Shown here piece after piece: positions 30,301 through 39,600 of a stretch of DNA of 64,000 nt. Below the pieces are notes generated by a model, which searched no databases, was not told where the DNA came from, and was given only the letters and a program-made list of their open reading frames with translations. Numbering within the stretch: position 1 is the stretch's first letter; each line of letters opens with the position of its first letter. The position numbers were made by a program, and so were the translations under genes. The stretch comes from Styela clava. Its lineage: Eukaryota. Location: NCBI RefSeq assembly GCF_964204865.1, contig NC_135257.1, positions 14,508,001-14,572,000 on the forward strand, written 5' to 3'.

Positions 30301-33300
30301 TGCAATTTTTTGGCATACTATAACAAACAAGAAAAACGCTTAACAGCAATACATCATTAGTTGTGTTGTTAAGTTTAGTATAATATATGATAGAGCTAAT
30401 TTTGCCCCAAAAAAATGTGGTCTCCATTCAGTGAATATTTAAAAAAAAATTATTTTTCCTAAATGACACTTTCCATATTGAAACCATATTTTGAATTTTG
30501 CTTTTATTCCATATACATACCCTTTTTCAAAAGCTGTGCGAGACCTGTTTACAAGGCCTTGGTAACCGTCTTCATAATCAGGTTGATTTATACTAATCTG
30601 CTCTTTTTCCAACAACTCAACTAAAGAAAACGAGGAACTTTGGGGCCTTTTTTGACTCCTTTTCAGAGTATCTTCGTAATCTTTACGTTTTTGTGCCACA
30701 AGACCTTTATGAAGTTTCTCTGAGTCAACTGTATCTTGAGTGGGGCTTTTTAGTTGAGGCTGAGGTGAGGGGGAACGTTGAGAGTTACTTTTATTACGCT
30801 TCCTCACAAAACCAAAAAATGATGGGGAAGATCGGCCTGATGAGTTATTTGATGATGCTTTTTTACTTATTGCTGGGATATGATGAAGACCGACATCTTG
30901 AAGGGGGTCACTGGTGCGAAAAGGGTGAAGGGGATCAAAGCTGATTCCGATGTGAGTTTTATTTCTTGGTGATCGTGGTCGACCAAATTTCTTCTTTTCA
31001 GACTGTTCGTGTGACTGCTTGCTCAAAACTTTTTCACGTATACTGTTATATTAGTCAAACATGTTAGTAATTGTGATTTGTCAGTGAGAGACGAACAATC
31101 AAAATTCAATAATATACATGCGTGAACTAACATTAAAGTTGGCAAATATGAGAAATATAATAGCCAAGATATCACCAAATATCCCCTTTTTCATTTAAGT
31201 TTAATACATTTTTTAAATAAATATTAGGGCCCGACCGATACTGCCTTTTTGAACCGATACCGATACTGCTAGTTTTCCAAAACTAGGCCGATAAGCCGAT
31301 AACGATACCGATGTTTCTTCACATATATTTGTGGCAGCATTTCTGTTCTGAAATACTTCTCAGTCTTTAGGGCGTAGCGAGGTTCAATGGTTTCTATTAG
31401 CCTGCGGAATCCATCATCTTGCACTATTGCAAATGGCCTGTTGTCAGTGGCTATCATCCCCATTATTATTTTATCAAGTGATTTCGTTCTTGCGTCATTT
31501 CCATGCCATTTATTAAATTTATCCATTATGTGTTCCCATGAAGGTTGCCGATTAGACTGGGAAGCTTCAGCTGGCCTTTTTCGCGTTAACTGCGTCTGCG
31601 AAATCTCATCATACTTGCTCTTGTGTTTCGATCTGAGATGACTCCACAAATTACTGGTGTTTTTCTTTTTGGAATCGGCGGAACCTTGACTTAACAATGA
31701 TGAGCATATTTTACAAAGTACACCATCACTGTGGCATACAAAGTATTCCCATACTTTGCTCTTACCGCTAGAACCAGCCATCTATAACATACCAATACAA
31801 GAAGTTAAATAATACCTTCAACGACTAAAGCGCAAAGGAAATCAAGCGCCGTGTAAACTACGCGAAAATTCTCTATCTAGCGTATATTATTTGACACAAA
31901 TAAGCCGTTCACGTGTTCTATTGCTTCGATTTGTAAGCCACCACGCTGCAAACTTGCTTGCAAAGTGTGAAATCCTGTGTCGCAATCGTCCGTGAAACCG
32001 CTTTTGATAAGAGAGAAATAGAAATAGTGAAGAAAAAGAGTTTCACGCAGAACCGCTCTCGAATTAAACAAGCGATAAAACTGCTTTCCCGGCAACCTTC
32101 AACAACTAAAGCGCAAGGGAAATCAAGCGTCGTGTAAACTACGCGAAAATTCTCTATTTAATCTAGCGTATATTATTTGACACAAATAAGCCGTTCACGT
32201 GTTCTATCGCTTCGATTTGTAAGCCACCACGCTGCAAACTTGCTTGCAAAGTGTGAAATCCCGTGTCGCAATCGTCCGTGAAACCGCTTTTGATAAGAGA
32301 GAAATAGAAATAGTGAAGAAAAAGAGTTTCACGCAGAACCGCTCTCGAATTAAACAAGCGATAAAACTGCTTTCCCGGCGCAATTTTGACACTTTGGCAG
32401 TCACGTGATTAGCCGATAACTATCGGTAAAATTAGCCGATACCGATAGTTCAAAATTTGTGAAAAACAAGGCCGATATATCGGCCGGCCGATATATCGGT
32501 CGGGCCCTAATAAATATATCAGTATATTGAAGAATTTCAGATGTAAATTTTGATGTTATATACTATTCCGATTAAAGATAAGATGATTACTGAAATTCAA
32601 TATAAATGTTGATAACATATAATTTAAACTGACAAAACATATGGACTAAATCACTAATATCCCCTCTATATAAATATCAATTTGATACCAATTTGATGGG
32701 AATTACGAGGAGGTATTCTTGAAATATTTCCATCGAAGTAATTTTCTACACAGATGCCAACTTTAATTTTTGATGTTAAATAGATTCATGCATAATCATG
32801 TATTGGAAATTTTTCATCACCCAAATATAAATAAAGGTGATAATGTGTAAATCACTATCACCAACACTTTCCAAATAATTTCACTCGAAGGTAAAAAAAA
32901 TTATATAATAAAAAACTACATACGCATGAGAAGACGCAGGTGATGATTCTCTCCTTTTTAAACCAGGTCCAGAAAAACTACCATCATTTGAAAATGGATG
33001 AAGATAACCTGTGTAAAAACATATCATGCATTATAGCCCAGCCAATATCATAGATACTTTATTTCATTGCAGAAAAAATTTTAAAATATCAATGTTAGTT
33101 TGGACCTATATTTAATAACATAAAAACAAATTTACTGCCCTATTTGACAACTTGATTATTTTGATTTCAATTAGTCAACTCACTGTATTCCAATAGTAAA
33201 ATCATTATTATTTTATAACATTGTACCATAGAAGGGGCTTCATTTCTAGTAGACTTTCAATAGTGCTAATAAAACAATATATTTGATAAATCATATGCAA

Positions 33301-36300
33301 AAAAATGTTTTTTTAAAGAGCTAAGCACTTTGGGCATATTGTGTACTTGAAAATATATTCCCATTCTCCAAAAATATAAAATTATTTGAAAGCCTTAGAA
33401 AGATTAAAACCTATTAAATGATGAGGTATAAATCGATTGTTATCAAAATCCTGAACATTAAAAATTGACAGAAAATTCCATGAAGAAAAAACTTGTTTTC
33501 AGGCAAAACTTTGTAGTGTAAAAAATGTAATGAAAAAATCCATTACATTCAATCAAAAACAAAGAATTGAGTGTATTTTTAATCTTAAAGTCAGTGATGA
33601 TAGCACTTCATAATTAACAGCCCTCTTTATTCAAAAATTTTTTCACCTTCCTCCGTAATAACGTAAAACTACATCAATAAAATAGTATCTATCGGCTATC
33701 TGTAAAATTTAATTATCTTACCACTAGCTGCTGGAGGGTCAAGAGGTTCCTCCTCCAAATTAGGAGGGAGTTCCTGGGTTTCGAGATTTACTATCTTCAG
33801 TCGAGGAGCTTTATTATCTGAAAAAATGGAATAGGAAATTAGGCAAAATTATTAGTACTGAAATTTAGAAACATTTCATCTGTAATATGGAAATCCCAGT
33901 TTTTTCACCAGTAAAGAAACAACAATACTGCAATTGAAACATGGGCAGGGGCATGTCAACTCTTCTGCTGCCCGGGGCGAGGTTCTGATAATGATGGCCC
34001 TTTTACTTAACTGCAAAAATAATATGGGGGCTAAACAAATTATGGATGTTATATGTGAGAATAAGTAAATTAAAGGTTGAGTAAGAGTGAAATGTTTAAA
34101 TTATTTTTGTTTAAATCATCAAACAGAGTAACGAACTCACCCCTATAATTTGCTGCCTGAAGTGGCTGCCCCTACTGTGCCCTATAGACACATTCCTAAA
34201 CATGGGCATGGTGGGCAGTGGCTCAGTAGGTAGTATTTGACCAACTATGATGACATTGTGGGCTACACACCTTGGGTTCAAATGTCATTACTTACTATTG
34301 TACTACCTCACCAATGGCAGCATAATTGAGTAAACAAAAAGATTCAACTATCTGACTATAGTACAGTAGTAGCTCCTTATCTATCAGTGCCTGCTTGTAC
34401 AGATGATTATTAAATAAGCAAAAATAGGCTATGTCACGTAAAGAATTATCTCACCTTTATTAGTGTCGTTTCTTATCAAAGCAAACCAATCATTGAGTAC
34501 AGACAAAGGTATTCGAAAAGATTCTGTTAATTACAAAATGGATGTTTGAATTACATTTGATGCAATAGTTGTATATCAAAGTATCAGTCTGTCAGTGTAT
34601 ATCTACTGATCCAAGTTACTGCAGTACTGGTAGGTAGGTACTGCTGTACTGGTACATCTGTATACCGCAGTATGTTTTTTTTGGGCTGTTGGGTGGGGGG
34701 GGGGCTGGGGGTCAATTTTCAATTTGAAAAAAGTCCTACATTAGTCAAGTATGGTAGTCATGCAACTGCAAACTGATGGGCAATTATTTATTGTTTTATC
34801 AGCATGGACGGAATACTGGAATATCAATCAGTTATCATATTTCTGTATTTAGACTAAATAGATTTTTTTTCATTTATGGATTCATCCTCTAATTATTATT
34901 TTTAAAGGTTTATAGATCCAAGGATGGGTAAATTTTGCTAAGTTAACACGAGAATTCGCTGAGCATCATAGTTACCGTACCGGTACCGTACAGAATTCCG
35001 AATTCAAATCTCTACCGCAAATTCATGCTACCGGTACCGGTATGACTTTATGGACGGTCATGCTTACAAGTAGAGAGAGAGAGAAAGTCAACACTATTAA
35101 TAAACATAGTAACCTTCAATAACGGAAATTTTTGTAACTTAGTCTATCTATAAACACCGCAAACCCACTCAATCCACCGCAAACCCACTCAATCTATCAT
35201 AGCGGTGACATACCAGCATACGGTATTAAAACACTAGCGTAGAATACGGGTATGCAAACTACCGCACACAGGAAATCGCGAATGGTAGACTATCTGCAAC
35301 ATTCTGTGTAGTATGTGTCCCAAAAACCAATCCTAGCTAGTTATGCCAATTTATATCCATAAATAAACAAGGCAAATGCACTTAGGCAGGGCTGCGTAAC
35401 CTTTGACCCCTATTCAAGTTTCGAATATTCACGGAGTCGTAAAAATATTTGGCAAGTTGCGGACTGTTATGGATTTGGATCCAGGTAGTGAATTTTTCAG
35501 GTTGAAATCCTTCTTTGTAAGTTATTTCAATTTAATAGATTTATTTTTGTTTCGACTAGATATTTTTTGTCTCAGATAAACTAGTACATAATACAATCCT
35601 TTCGATGATTTCAATAATTTCAAAGACGTTTATTTACTCGTTGAAGAATTCGACACGCAGATGTTAACGACGAATGAAACCATCTCATATCTGGATCTTC
35701 ACTCGCTGATAATCCCTCCTAATTAGGCATCTGTATACGCCAGCAGTCGCGTGCGCGTGCTTTCATGTTAGAGCCACGAGGCCATTCTATCAATGCCTAG
35801 TTCAAAATGTTTTTTAAATATATTACCCCCCAAAAGTATAGCTAAAAATGATGATATTTCTGAATTATCTCGTACATTTCAATTCATCGACCAATTACAG
35901 AACTTAATGTTTGACAGTTCGTCATATTGTAGCCTATCTGTTGCATTTTACCAATTTGGGAGGACAATTGCGCGATGGAGCCGGCAGTTGAGCCAATAGC
36001 TATTACCTTTACTGTTATCCAAATTGCGACAACATATATTTTTTTCTCTCAGAGCCCCAATGAATACTCTCACGAGTCACATGGTTCTCGCGCTGTTTGC
36101 CCACTGTTGTCTGAGACAACGCTTCAAAATTTTTCAACAGCTATATATGTACTAAATTAAGCGTGTCATAATTTAGCGAGGTATGTTTTTTTAACAATTG
36201 TAAATGTATAAGAATAGTAATTGTCGTCAATACACTCACCTCCGGATATGAAAGCTGTTGAATAGCGATCCTTGTCTTTATCTAGTTTCATCTTTCCTAG

Positions 36301-36672
36301 GTTTTGATCAAAATTTGGGGAAGATGATACAGACTTCAAACTCGGTTTCAGTGGAGGACCGATAAATGCTGTGACATCGGTAACGGCCCTGGGCCTCACA
36401 ACCGTGTCTTGGCCATCTCCGTGGAAGCCGTGTGGAGCATACGACGATAGCGTATTTTCTCTTTCACCATCTGTATCTCCGGGTGTAGGACTGTTCCCGA
36501 TATAACTAGTTGGTCTTCTGTTTTTCTGATTATTTTGGCTTGAACCACTATATACCACAGACGAAGGACGGTCATCCCCATTATCACCTCGATTATCTGG
36601 ACGGGATCCTCTCAGTTTAACGGTGTCATTATTATCCTTCTTTTTGCGCTGCTGCGCCCCGAATTTGAGCAT
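310..36672 (-). CDS. Spliced gene (14 coding exons, ~755 aa) encoding an apparently disordered Ser/Pro/Arg-rich protein with multiple tyrosine motifs; family not assignable
   Basis: Exons 36672-36240, 33817-33722, 33008-32924, 31042-30521, 29645-29557, 29163-28997, 27197-27113, 24333-24264, 23676-23562, 23148-23059, 21932-21705, 20401-20254, 842-740, 346-310 all have GT-AG boundaries and join in frame without stops (2268 nt including stop). The last exon is the least certain. Confidence 0.8.
414..621. mobile_element. MITE-like repeat family A, copy 1
   Basis: Aligns with 1419-1631 and 9269-9485; imperfect terminal IR (ACTCCC..GTGTGT.TACCA / TGGTACACACACTTCTGGAGC). Confidence 0.85.
740..842 (-). 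CDS. Minus-strand gene exon 13 (FDEDNANWVHSKENEQENMNRNKQPSLPVPRRQ), phase 1-2
   Basis: TTTCTTTCAG acceptor, GTAAGT donor, 103 nt. Confidence 0.85.
1419..1631. mobile_element. MITE-like repeat family A, copy 2
   Basis: Shared core CTGTGTTAGCCAAG..ATATACCCCCTG..CAACTTGATGTAAA..AAAATTAGTTACCTCCATATTGGTA; GGTTAGGG motif near the left end. Confidence 0.85.
1740..1919. mobile_element. Tc1/mariner-type MITE
   Basis: TA|CAGGGTAACC...GGTCACCCTG|TA; related partial copy at about 56700-56845 (CACAAACAGAAGTTCAAGTG, TTTTTTGGTCACCC). Confidence 0.8.
4166..4277 (-). CDS. Candidate alternative first coding exon C (MVFYRPWLMAHNMQMSCFWSCTGCHNTYLEWEYNMGF), ends phase 1
   Basis: Several in-frame ATGs (4277, 4241, 4235 among them), donor TCG|GTAAG, phase matches exon 740-842; GC-richer sequence upstream (about 4280-4560). 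Confidence 0.5.
9269..9485. mobile_element. MITE-like repeat family A, copy 3
   Basis: Same core and ends as copies 1 and 2. Confidence 0.85.
9716..9836 (-). CDS. Candidate alternative first coding exon B (MRPMPALERVASLRVSSPAAGLRRSLSTRKRKIPEKTRWG), ends phase 1
   Basis: GC-rich island in an AT-rich intron, ATG 9836, strong donor GAG|GTGAGT; phase matches acceptor of exon 740-842. Confidence 0.65.
10831..10906. repeat. About 38-bp tandem duplication
   Basis: CTGTCAAATCGATG.TTTT..GTT.AATTTTCAATTCG twice. Confidence 0.85.
10960..11216 (-). mobile_element. hAT-type MITE, inverted relative of 25397-25702
   Basis: Reverse complement of the same internal sequence; GGCCCGCGGGCC..TTGCCC end. Confidence 0.8.
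15018..15440. repeat. Tandem duplication, 212-bp period, 2 copies
   Basis: AAGTGTAATGAAAGCGTCAATTGG... starts at both 15018 and 15230, with few mismatches. Confidence 0.95.
19423..19868. mobile_element. MITE with GGAGCTGGAGC subterminal repeats, carrying a nested ~70-bp family A derivative (about 19591-19662)
   Basis: TAGGGCT...CAGCCCTG ends, many GGAGCT/GGAGCC motifs; insert resembles both ends of family A in reverse. Confidence 0.65.
20254..20401 (-). CDS. Minus-strand gene exon 12 (DSLRRIQSEK...NPEPVYSVLDKSRKRSPGSQ), phase 0-1
   Basis: TTTCCAG acceptor, GTAAG donor, 148 nt. Confidence 0.85.
21705..21932 (-). CDS. Minus-strand gene exon 11 (GTLTHQPPSVATSPP...REPNQAKQ), phase 0-0
   Basis: TTTTCCTTTTCTCAG acceptor, CAG|GTAAA donor, 228 nt; core of ORF 21678-22022. 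Confidence 0.85.
22244..22507. mobile_element. Tc1/pogo-type MITE
   Basis: Imperfect TIR CCATATATCCTCGTATATAAG / CTTATATGCGAAGATATACTG, preceded by TA. Confidence 0.6.
22653..23000. mobile_element. hAT-type MITE, 348 bp
   Basis: TIR TAGGGCTGGGAAT / ATTCCCAGCCCTA, exact 8-bp TSD CTTCAGAT, subterminal GGTTAAC/ACCGGT motifs. Confidence 0.92.
23059..23148 (-). CDS. Minus-strand gene exon 10 (SLRESEEAEELLNKKDTKLKAKHSFLRKIK), phase 0-0
   Basis: TTTCTTTCTCAG acceptor, GTATGT donor, 90 nt. Confidence 0.85.
23562..23676 (-). CDS. Minus-strand gene exon 9 (DNTNQLDQADKFAIGLEEELQDQTDILNLHEQFFKTYEK), phase 2-0
   Basis: TTTATTGCAG acceptor, AAG|GTGAA donor, 115 nt. Confidence 0.85.
23705..23965 (-). mobile_element. 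Degenerate copy of the tRNA-derived SINE at 46350-46642
   Basis: Shares ACTTGATGG.GGA.GAAGCC..AA....ACCAG..GTTAC..GAACCA..AGTCCAGC..AGATTCG..CTGCGAA. Confidence 0.75.
24264..24333 (-). CDS. Minus-strand gene exon 8 (DRGNSFDSEETDPYTYYKPVDSV), phase 1-2
   Basis: TTTTTCAG acceptor, GTAAGT donor, 70 nt. Confidence 0.85.
24483..25025. mobile_element. pogo/Tigger-like MITE
   Basis: TIR GTAATACCTCGGTAGTCGAAC / GTTCAACTACCGAGGCATCAC, subterminal CTCGAACA repeats. Confidence 0.75.
25253..25784. mobile_element. hAT MITE (outer) with a nested hAT MITE at 25397-25702
   Basis: CAGTGGTTCTCAAAC...GTTTGAGAACTCCACTG, exact TSD TTCTAGTA; inner element CAGACATGGGCAA...TTGCCCACCTCTG. Confidence 0.9.
27113..27197 (-). 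CDS. Minus-strand gene exon 7 (QIDDPYYLPNDCMKLRSDSSPAHISHTP), phase 0-1
   Basis: TTTTCAG acceptor, CAG|GTATC donor, 85 nt. Confidence 0.8.
28997..29163 (-). CDS. Minus-strand gene exon 6 (RDLQQPSPR...SYIYATVNKPRTP...SPSVD), phase 1-0
   Basis: TTACAG acceptor, GTAAG donor, 167 nt; core of ORF 28934-29242. Confidence 0.85.
29557..29645 (-). CDS. Minus-strand gene exon 5 (PRSPVAQRRFPAESNIKRINSARPHFGAS), phase 2-1
   Basis: TATATTTAG acceptor, GTAAGT donor, 89 nt. Confidence 0.85.
30521..31042 (-). CDS. Minus-strand gene exon 4 (IREKVLSKQSHEQ...RSRTAFEK), phase 2-2
   Basis: CAG acceptor, GG|GTATGT donor, 522 nt; matches the frame of ORF 30439-31026. Confidence 0.85.
31269..31781 (-). pseudogene. 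Truncated hAT transposase ORF: BED zinc finger plus adjacent DNA-binding region, no DDE catalytic domain
   Basis: SKVWEYF..CKIC..NTSNLWSHLRSKH (BED finger) and IATDNRPFAIVQDDGFRRLIETIEPRY; runs into the subterminal repeats after ...MLPQIY. Confidence 0.9.
31814..32379. repeat. Tandem duplication of about 281-285 bp inside the hAT element
   Basis: Copies at about 31814-32094 and 32095-32379 are nearly identical and give the twin ORFs 31877-32095 and 32163-32357. Confidence 0.95.
32924..33008 (-). CDS. Minus-strand gene exon 3 (GYLHPFSNDGSFSGPGLKRRESSPASSH), phase 1-2
   Basis: TTTTACACAG acceptor, GTATGT donor, 85 nt, in frame. Confidence 0.8.
33722..33817 (-). CDS. Minus-strand gene exon 2 (DNKAPRLKIVNLETQELPPNLEEEPLDPPAAS), phase 1-1
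   Basis: TTTTTTCAG acceptor, GTAAG donor, 96 nt, open in the required frame. Confidence 0.85.
33947..34197. mobile_element. Non-autonomous DNA element with 9-10-bp flanking direct repeat
   Basis: AAACATGGGC at 33937-33946 and 34198-34207; imperfect IR AGGGGCATGTC / GACACATTCCT. Confidence 0.65.
34213..34330 (+). mobile_element. Degenerate tRNA-like (Pol III) SINE head
   Basis: A-box TGGCTCAGTAGG and B-box-like GGTTCAAAT; no cloverleaf evident. Confidence 0.4.
35387..36109. mobile_element. Probable degenerate hAT-type non-autonomous element
   Basis: CAGGGCTGCGTAAC left end, GGTTCTCGCGCTGTTTGCCCACTG right end; no TSD found. Confidence 0.4.
36240..36672 (-). CDS. Minus-strand gene, first coding exon (MLKFGAQQRKKK...STAFISG), ends phase 1
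   Basis: ATG at 36672, donor G|GTGAGT at 36239; upstream acceptor TTACTTACAG ending at 36753; overlaps ORF 36166-36678. Confidence 0.85.
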
Positions 36673-39600
36673 GCCCAAGTCTCAATATTTTCTAAACTCC
36701 GTATTGTAGTTAGGAAAGTAGCTTTTTAATATATACAGAAACATAACATACCCTGTAAGTAAAATGTTTTAACAGCTATAATAATTTTAGGTCTACTAGG
36801 AGCCTGATTGCATTTCAGTCTTTTCTTGTGAGATTACACAGTAATGCATATGTACATATATGTCTATATATTGCAAATACCACAATCGTTCTTCATTAGA
36901 ATATTCTCTAAATCAATCTGTGATTCTGAATTCATCAAGGCAATAATTCCGGTAAAGTTTGAAGAGTCATTTTGTAATTGGTAGTAATATTTACCAATAA
37001 TGCAAAGATTCTAAAAGGGCATACTAATTGGTAGGCTCACTCCACACAACTTATGTATATACCTGACTCTGCTTACTGCGTACCACTACACCAATGAAGG
37101 CAGTGATACGGCCATGAGTCACAGCATCGCAATATCTCGTTATTTTACGGTTTTCACATGTTTTAGCATCTCAACTATTTTCATTATAATCTGGGGTGAA
37201 AGCCGTTGTGGCATGACAATGATTCCCTGCGCATAACCTTTTTCAACAACACGAGTGCAACATATGTATTTGGGTTAAAAAAAATCTATGAATCTGTTGC
37301 TGTACATACTAAGTATGGAAAAACTATTCCTGATAAAAAGAGTATAATACATCTGATAGAAAAAGAAAAAAAAATCTTAATATATTTACACAGATTTTTA
37401 AATCTTCACTAATGTATGAAACACTGAACTAATCGATAAATCACAATTATTGCTTTGCAGACGCAGTCAACGTCACCAGATATGGGAAAACACCGGATAA
37501 AAGACACAATAAAAAAACAATGGCAAGAAGTTGAGGCGATAAGGAAAAATAGTAGAAAAATAATAAAGTCATATTCAGCAGCAAGAATCTTTACAATGAT
37601 TAGCACAAGTTAACAATTGGGAGCATAATCTAGTGTGACAAACACAATTCTTAGCAAATGTAGTCATTTAGGGGTATCTATTTTTTTGCGTATATTTTCC
37701 AATGGTATATATCACAACATATATCCCAAAATTTATAAACAAACTAATAAGTGGAATTGTTGAACAAAGCTTAAAACCAACTTTTAGCACTACAAATCAT
37801 TCAAGTAACATTCCACGGTCGTTTTTCCGCGAAATCTTAATATCGATTCGACCTCATAATGGCACTGACATCGTATACCATCGAGTGATCTTTTTAATTT
37901 TATGTACAAGTAAATATTATTAGAGATTTTAAACCCCTGTATTGAAGTAACATTATACCTGAAAATTAATATGTGATATTGGACAAATGAAAATGGACTG
38001 TTAGTCTGGCACTAAAGAAATCTTTTACGCCGCATCCTTTACCTGCACCGTATACCTTGTGTTATGAAAGAAATAGTAACGAACAATAAATAATATTTTC
38101 TTTTCATATTAAGTATTGCGTTCATCCATTTATATTTTATGGGATTTACAAATAACTGAATATTTGTTACCAGGCTATAGTTGGGTGCCTACAGGTAGCC
38201 TATATACATGAGTATGTCTCTAAACTGGAAATGGAAAATTAGAAATAAGACTCGCCACAGCAGAAATAGATATATATTTCAAATTGTACGGGTACTGTTG
38301 GAATATATATCTCCCTGTGTTGGTGGCATAAGATAAGGAAACTGTGAAATATAAATTAGTACTAGCGGTAACAAGGCATGATATACCCTTGCCAGCATGG
38401 TAATAAACGGTCCAGGGTGTTGAAACTAACAAACTATAACCAAACTATAACAGAATGTTCCACACTAATAAAAATAAATGATTTTATGAGGTCATGCTAC
38501 ACGAAGCTAATAACTCTAACTGAATGACCTCCGTTATACCATACTCCACCTCTATATTGTGCAACTTCCGCGTGTTTAAATTATCTGACTAAGTTTTGTG
38601 AATACATCTATATTATTACACTAAGTAATTTGTCCCTGAATTAAGTTAAATCTCACAGTATGTCATGGCTAATTTCATACCGGAGAGACACAGTCTACTG
38701 CTCTATCCAGTATAATAGTAAGTACATTGTATACAATATGTAACGCCATTGCAAAACTATCTATTGATCAATTACGCAGCAATTTTGTCGGCGGAAGCCG
38801 GTGACGCAAAACCATGTTTGAAACTCGCATGCGACTATATCTATAGCTGGAATGGAATCCTGCGGCTCAGGAGATTGGAGATGAAATTGTTTTATTTACT
38901 CATTTAAAATGGCAGTTAACTTCTCGTGATATCAACTGTATATAAAACGAAAAATATTTTGCGCCAATGCTTGTTACTCTAGTTTAGAATATGTTAGTGT
39001 GAAAACTATAAAGCCTACATCAACTTTTCAACTTCTTCGTTGTCATAATGACGGAAAAGCGTTCATATCAAAACGAATCGGGGTTGAAAACGATTGAATG
39101 ATAATCTTAATTTTGGCGCGTTTAACTTCACAGGGGAATCATCACGACGCATTAGTACACTTTTATAATTGGCTTTAGCAAGACAGCTAGAATTCAATGT
39201 AATATGAGCAACATTCAACCGAGACTTATAGTCAGAACGGAAGCTGGACAGTTCAACGCACTGACGCTCTGTCACCATTGATTTGCTATGACATGACTCA
39301 GATTGCAGTCTGGAGATTTTATTCAGCACAGTATGCGTTTACGTGGTTTAATTGCATTAGATAATTTTCATATATATATATAACAATTATGTTCCTTAGC
39401 GGTATGGCCGGCTTACCTCTGTCGTTGAATAAATCAGTGAATTTGAATATCTGCCATGTGACAACATGCTAGAAATACCCATATAGAAATTATGAAATAA
39501 TCATTTTGGGGAAAGGTAATAAGTATATATATGCGTGCCTGAGAACAAATGTACTTGGATTAAAGCCGCGTGTTCATCGCAGCGTATGCTGAATATTATT

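Larger units (their letters stand above)
31225..32509 (-). mobile_element. Internally deleted hAT DNA transposon (Ac/ZBED type), 1285 bp
   Basis: 16-bp TIRs TAGGGCCCGACCGATA / TATCGGTCGGGCCCTA, exact 8-bp TSD ATAAATAT (31217-31224, 32510-32517), subterminal CCGATA repeats, transposase N-terminus inside. Confidence 0.95.

Noticed and set aside
30693-31641. Plus-strand ORFs 30693-30944 and 31387-31641
   Set aside because: Antisense shadows of exon 4 and of the BED-finger ORF
31877-32404. Twin ORFs with identical peptides
   Set aside because: By-product of the tandem duplication in the non-coding part of the hAT element
34213-34290. Possible tRNA gene
   Set aside because: A/B-box-like motifs are present but no acceptor or anticodon stems fold; treated as a SINE relic
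310-36672. Naming the minus-strand gene PAG1 or a RhoGEF/adaptor orthologue
   Set aside because: Only short linear motifs resemble PAG1; there is no transmembrane segment or catalytic domain, so no symbol is justified without a search
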